Source: the human T2T-CHM13v2.0 reference genome, Homo sapiens. Taken from it: a stretch of DNA of 64,000 nt. Every line of letters starts with the position of its first letter. Within the stretch, counting starts at the first letter, position 1. Below are positions 28,901 through 43,900 of this stretch, in pieces. The translations under genes were made by a program, and so were the position numbers. The notes beneath the pieces were generated by a model. That model was not told the DNA's origin. It ran no database searches and saw only the letters and a list, made by a program, of their open reading frames with translations. Where the stretch lies: the NCBI RefSeq assembly GCF_009914755.1, contig NC_060933.1, one strand, 5' to 3'.

Positions 28901-30860
28901 CAGTCCTTTCCATTCCATTCGACTCGGGTTGATTCCAATGTATTCCTTTCCATTCCATTCCCTTCCATTGCAATCGAGTTGATTCCATTGCTTTGCATTC
29001 CATTCCATTCCATTCCATTCCGGATGATTCCATTCCATTGCATTGATTCCATTCAATTCCCCTGCACTCGGGTTGATTCCATTCCATTCCACTCCATTCC
29101 GTTCCATTCCATTCCATTCCATTGTATTCGGGTTAATTCCATTCCATTCCATTCCATTCCATTCCATTCCATTTCATTCCATTCCATTACAATCGAGTTG
29201 ATTCCATTCCATTCCATTCCATTCCATTCCATTCCATTCCAGTCCTTTCCATTCCATTCCACTCGGGTTGATTCCATTCTATTAGTTTCCATTCCATTCC
29301 ATTCCCTTCCATTCCACTCTGGTTGATTCCATTCCTTTCCATTCCACTCGAATACATTCCCTCCTATTCCACTCGGAACGATTCCATTCCTTTCCATTCC
29401 ATTCCATTCCATTCCATTCCAGTTCGTTCCATTCCGTTCTATTCCGTACCATTCCATTCCATTCCATTCCTTTCCATTCCATTCCTTTCCACTCGTGTTG
29501 ATTCCATTCCTTTCCATTCCATTCGGTTTGAAGGCATTCCTTTCCATTCAAATCCATTCCATTCCATTCCATTCCATTCCATTCTATTCCATTCCATTGC
29601 AATCGAGTTGAATCCATTGCCTTTCATTCCATTCCATTCCATTCCATTAAGGAAGATTCCATTCCATTGCATTCCATTCCATTCCATTCCCCTGCACTTG
29701 CGTTGATTCCATTCCATTCCATTCCATTCCATTCCGTTCTGTTCCATTCCATTCCATTCCATTCCGTTCCGTTCCATTCCATTCCATTCCATTCTATTCG
29801 GGTTAATTCTATTCCATTCCATTCGATTGCCATCGAGTTGATTCCTTTCCATTCCATTCCATTCCATTCCATTCCATTCCATTCCATTCCTTTCCATTCC
29901 ATTACGGATGACTCCATTCCATTGCATTCCATTCCATTCCATTCCCCTGTACTCGGGTTGATTCCATTCCATTCCATTCCACTGCATTCGGTTCCGTTGC
30001 ATTCCATTCTATTGCATTCCATCTATTCGGGTTAATTCCATTCCATTCTATTCCATTCCATTCCATTCCATTCCATTGCAATGGAGTTGATTCCATTCCA
30101 TTCCATTCCATTCCGGATGATTCCATTCCATTGCATTCCATTCCATTCCATTCCCCTGCACTCGTGTTGATTCCATTCCCTTCCATTCCATTGCATTCCG
30201 TTCCATTCCATTCCATTCCATTCTATTCCGGTTAATTCCATTCCATTCCATTCCATTCCATTCCATTCCATTCCATTCCATTGCAATCGAGTTGATTCCA
30301 TTCCATTCCTTTCCATTCCATTCCATTGTCTTGCATTCCACTCGGATTGATTACATTCCCTTCTTTCCACTCCATTACATTCCCTTCCATGATTGATTCC
30401 ATTCCATTCCATTCCATTGCAATCCATTCCAATCCATTCCATTCCATTCCATTCCACTCGAGTTGACTTCATTCCATTCCTTTCCTTTCCATTCCATTCC
30501 TTTCCACTCGAGTTGATTCCATTCCATTCCAATCCATTGCATTCCATTCCATGCAATTCCACTCGGGTTGATTCCATTCCTTTGCATTCCATTCCATTCC
30601 ATTCCATTCCATTCCATTCCGTTGCATTCCATTCCATTACATTCGGATTGATTCTATTCAACTCCCTTACTCTCCATTACATTCCATTCCATTCGGGTTG
30701 TTCCATTCCATTCCATTCCATTCCACTCCATTCCATTGCACTCGGATTGATTCCATTCCATTCCATTCCATTCCATTCCATTCCATTCCATTCCATTCCA
30801 TTCCGGATGATTCCATTCCATTGCATTCCGTTCCATTGCATTCCCCTGCACTCGCGTTGA
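25510..30860 (+). repeat. ~5.35 kb duplicated block, copy 1 (copy 2 at ~46770-52100)
   Basis: ORF pairs at offsets of 21259 (25548..26444/46807..47703), 21254 (26810..27466/48064..48720) and 21239 (28544..29167/49783..50406; 30393..30860/51632..52099). Confidence 0.93.
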
Positions 30861-33800
30861 TTCCATTCCTTTCCATTCCACTCGAATACATTCCCTCCTA
30901 TTCCACTCGGAACGATTCCATTCCATTCCATTCCATTCCATTCCATTCCATTCCATTCCATTTCGTTCCATTCCATTCTATTCCGTATCATTCCATTCCA
31001 TTCCATTCCATTCCATTCCATTCCATTGTACTCGGGTTGATTCCATTCCATTGCATTCCATTCCATTCGATTCCATTCCATTCCGTTGCATTCCATTCCA
31101 TTACATTCGAATTGATTCTATTCAACTCCCTTACTCTCCATTACATTACATTCCATTCGGGTTGTTCCATTCCATTCCATTCCATTCCACTCCATTCCAT
31201 TGCACTCGGGTTGATTCCATTCCATTCCATTCCATTCCATTCCATTCCATTCCATTCCATTCCATTCCGGATGATTCCATTCCATTGCATTCCGTTCCAT
31301 TACATTCCCCTGCACTCACGTTGATTCCATTCCATTCCATTCCATTCCATTCCATTCAATTCCATTCCATTACAATTCGTTCCATTCCATTCTATTCCGT
31401 ACCATTCCATTCCATTCCATACCATTCCATTCCATTCCATTCCGTTCCGTTCCGTTCCATTCCATTCCATTCCATTCTATTCGGGTTAATTCCATTCCAT
31501 TCCATTCGATTGCAATCGGGTTGATTCCATTCCATTCCATTCCATTCCATTCCATTCCATTCCATTCCATTACAATCGAGTTGATTCCATTCCATTCCAT
31601 TCCATTCCAGTCCTTTCCATTCCATTCCACTCTGGTTGATTCCATTCTATTAGTTTCCATTCCATTCCATTCCCTTCCATTCCACTCTGGTTGATTCCAT
31701 TCCTTTCCATTCCACTCGAATACATTCCCTCCTATTCCACTCGGAACGATTCCATTCCATTCCATTCCATTCCTTTCCATTCAATTCCATTTCGTTCCAT
31801 TCCATTCTATTCCGTATCATTCCATTCCATTCCATTCCATTCCATTCCATTCCATTCCATTGTACTCGGGTTGATTCCATTCCGTTGCATTCCATTCCAT
31901 TCCATTCCATTCCATTCCGTTGCATTCCATTCCATTACATTCGGATTGATTCTATTCAACTCCCTTACTCTCCATTACATTCCATTCCATTCGGGTTGTT
32001 CCATTCCATTCCATTCCATTCCACTCCATTCCATTGCACTCAGGTTGATTCCATTCCATTCCATTCCATTCCATTCCATTCCGGATGATTCCATTCCATT
32101 GCATTCCGTTCCATTACATTCCCCTGCACTCGCGTTGATTCCATTCCATTCCATTCCATTACATTCAATTCCATTCCATTACAATTCGTTTCATTCCATT
32201 CTATTCCGTACCATTCCATTCCATTCCATACCATTCCATTCCATTCCGTCCCATTCCATTCCGTTCCATTCCGTTCCATTCCATTCCATTCCATTCTATT
32301 CGGATTAATTGCATTCCATTCCATTTCATTCCATTCTATTCCATTCCATTGCAATCGAGTTGAATCCATTGCATTTCATTCCATTCCATTCCATTCCATT
32401 CCATTACGGAAGTTTCCATTCCATTGCATTCCATTCCATTCCATTCCCCTGCACTCGCGTTGATTCCATTCCATTCCATTCCATTCCATTCCGTTCCGTT
32501 CCATTCCATTCCATTCCATTCCGTTCCGTTCCATTCCATTCCATTCCATTCTATTTGGGTTAATTCCATTCCATTCCATTCGATTGCAATCGAGTTGATT
32601 CCATTCCATTCCATTCCATTGCATTCCATTCCATTCCAATCCTTTCCATTCCATTACGGATGATTCCATTCCATTGCATTCCATTCCATTCCATTCCCCT
32701 GTACTCGGGTTGATTCCATTCCATTCCATTCCAATCCATGCCATTCCACTCGTGTTGATTCCATTCTTTCCATTCCATTCAAGTTGATTCCATTCCATTG
32801 CATTCCATTCCATTCGATTCCATTCGATTGCACTCGAGTTGATTCCATTCCATTGCATTCCATTCCATTCCATTCCATTCCATTCCATTCCATTCCATTC
32901 CATTCCATTCCGTTCCATTCCATTCCATTACATTCGGATTGATTCTATTCAACTCCCTTACTCTCCATTACATTCCATTCCATTCGGGTTGTTCCATTCC
33001 ATTCCATTCCATTCCACTCCATTCCATTGCACTCGGGTTGATTCCATTCCATTCCATTCCATTCCATTCCATTCCATTCCATTCCGGAAGATTCCATTCC
33101 ATTGCATTCCATTCCATTCCATTCCCCTGCACTCGCGTTGATTCCATTCCATTCCATTCTATTCCATTCCATTCCCTTCCTTTCCGTTCCATTCCATTCC
33201 ATTCCATTCCATTCCGTTCCGTTCCATTCCATTCCATTCCATTCTATTCGGGTTAATTCCATTCCATTCCATTCGAATGCAATCGAGTTGATTCCATTCC
33301 ATTCCATTCCATTCCATTCCATTCCATTCCATTCCATTCCATTACGGATGATTCCATTCCATTGCATTCCATTCCATTCCATTCCCCTGTACTCGGGTTG
33401 ATTCCATTCCATTCCATTCCAATCCATGTCATTCCACTCGTGTTGATTCCATTCTTTCCATTCCATTCAAGTTGAATCCATTCCATTGCATTCCATTCCA
33501 TTCGATTCCATTCGATTGCACTCGGGTTGATTCCATTCCATTGCATTCCATTCCATTCCATTCCATTCCATTCCATTCCATTCCATTCCGTTCCATTCCA
33601 TTCCATTACATTCAGATTGATTCTATTCAATTCCCTTACACTCCATTACATTCCATTCCATTCGGGTAGTTTCCATTCCATTCCATTCCATTCCTCTCCA
33701 CTTCATTGAACTCGGGTTGATTCCATTCCTTTGCATTCCATTCCATTCCATTCCATTCCATTCCATTCCATTCCGTTCCATTCCATTCCATTACATTCAG

Positions 33801-36800
33801 ATTGATTCTATTCAATTCCCTTACTCTCCATTACATTCCATTCCATTCGGGTTGTTCCATTCCATTCCATTCCATTCCACTCCATTCCATTGCACTCGGG
33901 TTTATTCCATACCATTCCATTCCATTCCATTCAATTCCATTCCATTCCGGAAGATTCCATTCCATTGCATTCCATTCCATTCCATTCCCCTGCACTCGCG
34001 TTGATTCCATTCCATTCCATTCCATTCCATTCCGTTCCGTTCCGTTCCATTCCATTCCATTCCATTCCATTCCGTTCCGTTCCATTCCATTCCATTCCAT
34101 TCTATTCGGGTTAATTCCATTCCATTCCATTCGATTGCAATCGAGTTTATTCCATTCCATTCCATTCCATTCCATTCCATTCCTTTCCATTCCATTCCAT
34201 TCCTTTCCATTCCATTACGGATGATTCCATTCCATTGCATTCCATTCCATTCCATTCCCCTGTACTCGGGTTGATTCCATTCCATTCCATTCCAATCCAT
34301 GCCATTCCACTCGTGTTGATTCCATTCTTTCCCTTCCATTCAAGTTGAATCCATTCCATTGCATTCCATTCCATTCCATTCCATTCCGATCAAGTTGATT
34401 CCATTCCATTCCATTCCATTGCATTCCATTCCATTCCACTCCATTCCAGTCCTTTCCATTCCCTTCCACTCGGGTTGATTCCAATGTATTCCTTTCCATT
34501 CCATTCCATTCCATTGCAATCGAGTTGATTCCATTGCTTTGCATTCCATTCCATTCGATTCCATTCCGGATGATTCCATTCCATTGCATTGTATTCCATT
34601 CCATTCCCCTGCACTCGGGTTGATTCCATTCCATTCCACTCCATTCCATTCCATTCCATTCCATTCCATTGTATTCGGGTTAATTCCATTCCATTCCATT
34701 CCATTCCATTCCATTCCATTACAATCGACTTGATTCCATTCCATTCCATTCCATTCCAGTCCTTTCCATTCCATTCCACTCGGGTTGATTCCATTCTATT
34801 AGTTTCCATTCCATTCCATTCCCTTCCGTTGTATTCGGGTTAATTCCATTCCATTCCATTCCATTCCATTCCATTCCATTACAAACGAGTTGATTCCATT
34901 GCATTCCATTCCATTCCAGTCCTTTCCATTCCATTCCACTCGGGTTGATTCCATTCTATTAGTTTCCATTCCATTCCATTCCCTTCCATTCCACTCTGGT
35001 TGATTCCATTCCTTTCCATTCCACTCGAATACATTCCCTCCTATTCCACTCGGAACGATTCCATTCCATTCCATTCCATTCCTTTCCATTCAATTCCATT
35101 TCGTTCCATTCCATTCTATTCCGTATCATTCCATTCCATTCCATTCCATTCCATTCCATTCCATTCCATTCCATTGTACTCGGGTTGATTCCATTCCATT
35201 GCATTCCATTCCATTCCATTCCATTCCATTCCATTCCGTTGCATTCCATTCCATTACATTCGGATTGATTCTATTCAACTCCCTTACTCTCCATTACATT
35301 CCATTCCATTCGGGTTGTTCCATTCCATTCCATTCCATTCCACTCCATTCCATTGCACTCGGGTTGATTCCATTCCATTCCATTCCATTCCATTCCATTC
35401 CATTCCGGATGATTCCATTCCATTGCATTCCGTTCCATTACATTCCCCTGCACTCGCGTTGATTCCATTCCATTCCATTCCATTCCATTCCATTCCATTC
35501 CATTCCATTACAATTCGTTCCATTCCATTCTATTCCGTACCATTCCATTCTATTCCATACCATTCCATTCCATTCCATTCCATTCCATTCCATTCCATTC
35601 CAGTCTGTTCCATTCCGTTCCATTCCATTCCATTCCATTCTATTCGGATTAATTGCATTCCATTCCATTTCATTCCATTCTATTCCATTCCATTGCAATC
35701 GAGTTGAATCCATTGCATTTCATTCCATTCCATTCCATTCCATTCCATTCCGGAAGTTTCCATTCCATTGCATTCCATTCCATTCCATTCCCCTGCACTC
35801 GCGTTGATTCCATTCCATTCCATCCATTCCATTCCGTTACGTTCCATTCCATTCCATTCCATTCCGTTCCGTTCCATTCCATTCCATTCCATTCTATTCG
35901 GGTTAATTCCATTCCATTCCATTCGATTGCAATAGAGTTGATTCCATTCCATTCCATTCCATTCCATTCCATTCCATTCCATTCCTTTCTATTCCATTAC
36001 GGATGATTCCATTCCATTGCATTCGATTCCATTCCATTCCCCTGCACTCGTGTTGATTCCATTCCATTCCATTGTATTCCATTCCATTCCCTTCCTTTGC
36101 GTTCCATTCCATTCCATTCCATTCTATTCCGTTCCGTTCCATTCCATTCCATTCCATTCTATTCGGGTTAATTCCATTCCATTCCATTCGATTGCAATCG
36201 AGTTGATTCCATTCCATTCCATTCCATTACATTCCATTCCATTCCTTTCCATTCCATTATGGATGATTCCATTCCATTGCATTCCATTCCATTCCATTCC
36301 CCTGTACTCGGGTTGATTCCATTCCATTCCATTCCAATCCATGTCATTCCACTCGTGTTGATTCCATTCCTTCCATTCCATTCAAGTTGAATCCATTCCA
36401 TTGCATTCCATTCCATTCGATTCCATTCGATTGCACTCGGGTTGATTCCATTCCATTGCATTCCATTCCATTCCATTCCATTCCATTCCATTCCATTCCA
36501 TTCCGTTCCATTCCATCCCATTACATTCGGATTGATTCTATTCAATTCCCTTACACTCCATTATATTCCATTCCATTCGGGTAGTTTCCATTCCATTCCA
36601 TTCCATTCCTCTCCATTTCATTGAACTCGGGTTGATTCCATTCCATTCCATTCCATACCATTCCGGAAGATTCCATTCCATTGCATTCCATTCCATTCCA
36701 TTCCCCTGCACTCGCGTTGATTCCATTCCATTCCATTCCATTCCATTCCATTCAGTTCCGTTCCGTTCCGTTCCATTCCATTCCATTCCATTCCATTCCA

Positions 36801-39800
36801 TTCCATTCCGTTCCGTTCCATTCCATTCCATTCCATTCTATTTGGGTTAATTCCATTCCATTCCATTCGATTGCAATCGAGTTGATTCCATTCCATTCCA
36901 TTCCATTCCATTCCATTCCATTCCGTTCCGTTCCATTCCATTCCATTCCATTCTATTTGGGTTAATTCCATTCCATTCCATTCGATTGCAATCGAGTTGA
37001 TTCCATTCCATTCCATTCCATTCCTTTCCATTCCATTCCATTCCATTACAATTCGTTCCATTCCATTCTATTCCGTACCATTCCATTCTATTCCATACCA
37101 TTCCATTCCATTCCATTCCATTCCATTCCATTCCATTCCATTCCATTCCATTCCTTTCTATTCCATTACGGATTATTCCATTCCATTGTATTCCATTCCA
37201 TTCCATTCCCCTGCACTCGTGTTGATTCCATTCCATTCCATTGTATTCCATTCCATTCCCTACCTTTGCGTTCCATTCCATTCCATTCCATTCCATTCCG
37301 TTCCGTTCCATTCCATTGCATTCCATTCTATTCGGGTTAATTCCATTCCATTCCATTCGATTGCAATCGAGTTGATTCCATTCCATTCCATTCCATTCCA
37401 TTCCATTCCATTCCTTTCCATTCCATTACGGATGATTCCATTCCATTGCATTCCATTCCATTCCATTCCCCTGTACTCGGGTTGATTCCATTCCATTCCA
37501 TTCCAATCCATGTCATTCCACTCGTGTTGATTCCATTCTTTCCATTCCATTCAAGTTGAATCCATTCCATTGCATTGCATTCCATTCGATTCCATTCGAT
37601 TGCACTCGGGTTGATTCCATTCCATTCCATTCCATTCCATTCCATTCCATTCCGTTCCATTCCATTCCATTACATTCGGATTGATTCTATTCAATTCCCT
37701 TACACTCCATTACATTCTATTCCATTCCGGTAGTTTCCATTCCATTCCATTCAATTCCTCTCCATTCCATTGCACTCGGGTTGATTCCATTCCATTGCAT
37801 TCCATTCCATTCCATTCAATTCCATTCCGTTCCATTCCATTCCATTTCATTCGGATTGATTCTATTCAACTCCCTTACTCTACATTACATTCCAATCGAT
37901 TCGGGCTGTTCCATTCCATTCCATTCCATTCCACTCCATTCCATTGCACTCGGGTTTATTCCATTCCATTCCATTCCATTCCATTCCATTCCATTCCATT
38001 CCGGAAGATTCCATTCCATTGCATTCCATTCCATTCCATTCCCCTGCACTCACGTTGATTCCATTCCATTCCATTCCATTCCATTCCATTCCATTGCATT
38101 CCATTCCATTCCATTCCTTTCCGTTCCATTCCATTCCATTCCATTCCATTCCATTCCATTCCGTTCCGTTCCATTCCATTCCATTCCATTCTATTCGGGT
38201 TAATTCCATTCCATTCCTTTCGATTGCAATCGAGTTGATTCCATTCCATTCCATTCCATTCCATTCCATTCCATTCCATTCCTTTCCATTCCATTACGGA
38301 TGATTCCATTCCATTGCATTCCATTCCATTCCATTCCCCTGTACTCGGGTTCATTCCATTCCATTCCATTCCAATCCATGCCATTTCACTCGTGTTGATT
38401 CCATTCTTTCCATTCAATTCATGTTGAATCCATTCCATTGCATTCCATTCCATTCCATTTCCCTGCAGTCGGGTTGATTCCATTCCATTCCATTCCATTC
38501 CATTCCATTCCATTCCATTCCATTGCGTTCCGTTCCGTTCCATGCCATTCCATTCCATTCTATTCGGGTTAATTCCATTCCATTCCATTCCATTCCATTC
38601 CATTCCATTCCAATCGAGTTCATTCCATTCCATGCCATTCCATTCCATTCCTTTCCACTCCATTCCAGTCCTTTCCATTCCATTCCACTCGGGTTGATTC
38701 CAATGTATTCCTTTCCATTCCATTCCATTCCATTGCAATCGAGTTGATTCCATTGCTTTGCATTCCATTCCATTCCATTCCATTCCGGATGATTCCATTC
38801 CATTGCATTCCATTCCACTCCACTCCCCTGCACTCGGGTTGATTCCATTCCATTCCACTCCATTCCGTTACTTTCCATTCCATTCCATTGTATTCGGGTT
38901 AATTCCATTCCATTCCATTCCATTCCATTCCATTCCATTCCATTACAATCGAGTTGATTCCATTCCATTCCATTCCATTCCAGTCCTTTCCATTCCATTC
39001 CAATCGGGTTGATTCCATTCTATTAGTTTCCATTCCATTCCATTCCCTTCCATTCCACTCTGGTTGATTCCATTCCTTTCCATTCCACTCGAATACATTC
39101 CCTCCTATTCCACTCGGAACGATTCCATTCCATTCCATTCCATTCCATTCCATTCCATTCCATTCCATTCCATTTCGTTCCATTCCATTCTATTCCGTAT
39201 CATTCCATTCCATTCCATTCCATTCCATTCCATTCCATTCCACTCGTGTTGATTCCATTCCTTTCCATTCCATTCGGTTTGAAGGCATTCCATTCCATTC
39301 CATTCCATTCCATTCCATTCCATTGTACTCTGGTTGATTGCATTCCATTGCATTCCATTCCATTCCATTCCGTTGCATTCCATTCCATTACATTCGGATT
39401 GATTCTATTCAACTCCCTTACATTCCATTACATTCCATTCCATTCGTGTTGTTCCATTCCATTCCATTCCATTCCACTCCATTCCATTGCACTCGGGTTG
39501 ATTTCATTCCATTCCATTCCATTCCATTCCATTCCATTCCGGATGATTCCATTCCATTGCATTCCGTTCCATTACATTCCCCTGCACTCGCGTTGATTGC
39601 ATTCCATTCCATTCAATTCCATTCCATTACAATTCGTTACATTCCATTCTATTCCGTACCATTCCATTCCATTCCATACCATTCCATTCCATTCCATTCC
39701 ATTCCATTCCGTTCCATTCCGTTCCATTGCATTCCATTCCATTCTATTCGTGTTCATTCCATTCCATTCCATTCCATTCTATTCCATTCCATTTCAATCG

Positions 39801-40400
39801 AGTTGAATCCATTGCATTTCTTTCCATTCCATTCCATTCCATTCCATTCCGGAAGATTCCATTCCATTGCATTCCATTCCATTCCATTCCCCTGCACTCG
39901 CGTTGATTCCATTCCATTCCATTCCATTCCATTCCGTTCCGTTCCATTCCATTCCATTCCATTCCATTCCATTCCATTCCGTTCCTTTCCATTGCATTCT
40001 ATTCCATTCTATTCGGGTTAATTCCATTCCATTCCATTCGATTGCAATCGAGTTGATTCCATTCCATTGCATTCCATTCCAATCGATTCCATTCGATTGC
40101 ACTCGGGTTGGTTCCATTCCATTGCATTCCATTCCATTCCATTCCACTCCATTCCGTTCCATTCCTTTCCATTACATTCGGATTGATTCTATTCAATTCC
40201 CTTACACTCCATTACATTCCATTCCATTCGGGTAGTTTCCACTCCATTCCATTCCATTTCTCTCCATTCCATTGCACTCGGGTTGATTCCATTCCATTGC
40301 ATTCCATTCCATTCGGGTAGTTTCCACTCCATTCCATTCCATTCCTCTCCATTCCATTGCACTCGGGTTGATTCCATTCCATTGCATTCCATTCCATTCC
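30856..40400 (+). repeat. ~9.5 kb duplicated block, copy 2 of 8051-17440
   Basis: Same ORF series as copy 1. It starts at a GTTGATTCC junction at 30856 and carries an extra 115 bp duplication. Confidence 0.93.
36790..37020 (+). repeat. 115 bp tandem duplication private to this copy
   Basis: CTATTTGGGTTAA...TCGATTGCAATCGAG occurs at 36838 and 36953. The offset to copy 1 jumps from 22835 to 22950. Confidence 0.88.
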
Positions 40401-40480
40401 GGTACTTTCCACTCCATTCCATTCCATTCCTCTCCATTCCATTGCACTTGGGTTGATTCCATTCCATTGCATTCCATTCC
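40230..40480 (+). repeat. 85 bp unit in three tandem copies (also ~61264-61515; two units at ~17270-17440)
   Basis: GGTAGTTTCCACTCC lies at ~40231 and ~40316, and GGTACTTTCCACTCC at ~40401. Each is followed by CTCTCCATTCCATTGCACT(C/T)GGGTTG. Confidence 0.85.
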
Positions 40481-40900
40481 ATTCCATTCAATTCCATTCC
40501 GTTCCATTCCATTCCATTACATTCGGATTGATTCTATTCAACTCCCTTACCCTCCATTACATTCCATTCCATTCGGGGTGTTCCATTCCATTCCATTCCA
40601 TTCCACTCCATTCCATTGCACTCGGGTTTATTCCATTCCATTCCATTCCATTCCATTCCATTCCATTCCATTCCATTCCATTCCGGAAGATTCCATTCCT
40701 TTGCATTCCATTCCATTCCTTTCCCCTGCACTCGCATTGATTCCATTCCATTCCTTTCCATTCCATTCCATTCCATTCCTTTCCGTTCCATTCCATTCCA
40801 TTCCATTCTATTCGGTTCCGTTCCGTTCCGTTCCATTCCATTCCATTCCATTCCATTCTATTCGGGTTAATTCCATTCCATTCCATTCGACTGCAATCGA

Positions 40901-43900
40901 GTTGATTCCATTCCATTCCATTCCATTCCATTCCATTCCATTCCATTCTTTCCATTCCATTCAAGTGGAATCCATTCCATTGCATTCCATTCCATTCCAT
41001 TCCCCTGCAGTCGGGTTGATTCCATTCCATTCCATTCCATTCCATTCCATTCCATTCCGTTCCGTTCCGTTCCGTTCCATTCCATTCCATTCCATTCTAT
41101 TCGGGTTAATTCCATTCCATTCCATTCCATTCCATTCCATTCCAATCGAGTTGATTCCATTCCATTCCATTCCATTCCATCCCACTCCATTCCAGTCCTT
41201 TCCATTCCATTCCACTCGGGTTGATTCCAATGTATTCCTTTCCATTCCATTGCATTCCATTGCAATCGAGTTGATTCCATTGCTTTGCATTCCATTCCAT
41301 TCCATTCCATTCCGGATGATTCCATTCCATTGCATTCCATTCCATTCCATTCCCCTGCACTCGGGTTGATTCTATTCCATTCCATTCCGTTCCGTTCCAT
41401 TCCATTCCATTCCATTCTATTCGGGTTAATTCCATTCCATTCCATTCGATTGCAATCGTGTTGATTCCATTCCATTCCATTCCATTCCATTCCATCCCAT
41501 TCCATTCCTTTCCATTCCATTACGGATGATTCCATTCCATTGCATTCCATTCCATTCCATTCCCCTGTACTCGGGTTGATTCCATTCCATTGCATTCCAA
41601 TCCATGCCCTTCCACTCGTGTACATTCCATTCTTTCCATTCCATTCAAGTTGAATCCATTCCATTGCATTCCATTCCATTCGATTCCATTCGATTGCACT
41701 CGGGTTGATTCCATTCCATTGCATTCCATTCCATTCAATTCCGTTCCATTCCATTCCATTCCATTCGGATTGATTCTATTCAATTCCCTTACACTCCATT
41801 ACATTCCATTCCATTCGGGTAGTTTCCATTCCATTCCATTCCATTCCTCTCCTTTCCATTGCACTCGGGTTGATTCCATTCCATTGCATTCCATTCCATT
41901 CCATTCAATTCCATTCCGTTTCATTCCATTCCATTACATTCTGATTGATTCTATTCAACTCCCTTACTCTCCATTACATTCCATTCCATTCGGGCTGTTC
42001 CATTCCATTCCATTCCATTCCACTCCATTCCATTGCACTCGGGTTTATTCCATTCCATTCCATTCCATTCCATTCCATTCCGGAAGATTCCATTCCATTG
42101 CATTCCATTCCATTCCATTCCCCTGCACTCGCGTTGATTCCATTCCATTCCATTCCATTCCATTCCATTCCTTTCCGTTCCATTCCATTGCATTCCATTC
42201 CATTCCATTCCATTCCATTCCATTCCGTTCCGTTCCGTTCCATTCCATTCCATTCCATTCTATTCGGGTTAATTCCATTCCATTCCATTCGATTGCAATC
42301 GAGTTGATTCCATTCCATTCCATTCCATTCCATTCCATTCCATTCCATTCCTTTCCATTCCATAACGGATGATTCCATTCCATTGCATTCCATTCCATTC
42401 CATTCCCCTGTACTCGGGTTCATTCCATTCCATTCCATTCCAATCCATGCCATTCCACTCGTTTTCATTCCATTCTTTCCATTCCATTCAAGTTGAATCC
42501 ATTCCATTGCATACCATTCCATTCCATTCCCCTGCAGTCGGGTTGATTCCATTCCATTCCATTCCATTCCATTCCATTCCGTTCCGTTCCGTTCCGTTCC
42601 GTTCCATTCCATTCCATTACATTCTATTCGGGTTAATTCCATTCCATTCCATTCCATTCCATTCCATTCCATTCCAATCGAGTTGATTCCATTCCATTCC
42701 ATTCCATTCCATTCCACTCCATTCCAGTCCTTTCCATTCCATTCCACTCGGGTTGATTCCAATGTATTCCTTTCCATTCCATTCCATTCCATTGCAATCG
42801 AGTTGATTCCATTGCTTTGCATTCCATTCCATTCCATTCCATTCCGGATGATTCTATTCCATTGCATTCCATTCCATTCCATTCCCCTGCACTCGGGTTG
42901 ATTCCATTCCATTCCACTCCATTCCGTTCCATTCCATTCCATTCCATTGTATTCGTGTTAATTCCATTCCATTCCTTTCCATTCCATTCCATTCCATTAA
43001 ATTCCTTTACAATCGAGTTGATTCCATTCCATTCCATTCCATGCCATTCCATTCCAGTCCTTTCCATTCCATTCCACTCGGGGTGATTCCATTCTATTAG
43101 TTTCCATTCCATTCCATTCCCTTCCATTCCACTCTGGTTGATTCCATTCCTTTCCATTCCACTCGAATACATTCCCTCCTATTCCACTCGGAACGATTCC
43201 AATCCTTTCCATTCCATTCCATTCCATTCCATTCCATTTCGTTCCATTCCATTCTATTCCGTATCATTCCATTCCATTCCATTCCATTCCAATCGTGTTG
43301 ATTCCATTCATTTCCATTCCATTCGATTTGAAGGCATTCCATTCCATTCCATTCCATTCCATTCCATTCCATTCCATTCCATTGTACTCGGGTTGATTGC
43401 ATTCCATTGCATTCCATTCCATTCTATTCCGTTGCATTCCATTCCATTACATTCGGATTGATTCTATTCAACTCCCTTACTCTCCATTACATTCCACTGC
43501 ATTCGGGTTGTTCCATTCCATTCCATTCCATTCCACTCCATTCCATTGCACTCGGGTTGATTCCATTCCATTCCATTCCATTCCATTCCATTCCATTCCA
43601 TTCCAGATGATTCCATTCCATTGCATTCCATTCCATTCCATTCCCCTGCACTCGCGTTGATTCCATTCCATTCCATTCCATTCCATTCCATTCCATTCCA
43701 TTGCATTCCATTCCATTCCTTTCCGTTCCATTCCATTCCATTCCATTCCATTCCGTTCCGTTCCGTTCCGTTCCATTCCATTCCATTCCATTCTATTCGG
43801 GTTAATTCCATTCCATTCCATTCGACTGCAATCGAGTTGATTCCATTCCATTCCATTCCATTCCATTCCATTCCATTCCATTCCATTCCATTCTTTCCAT

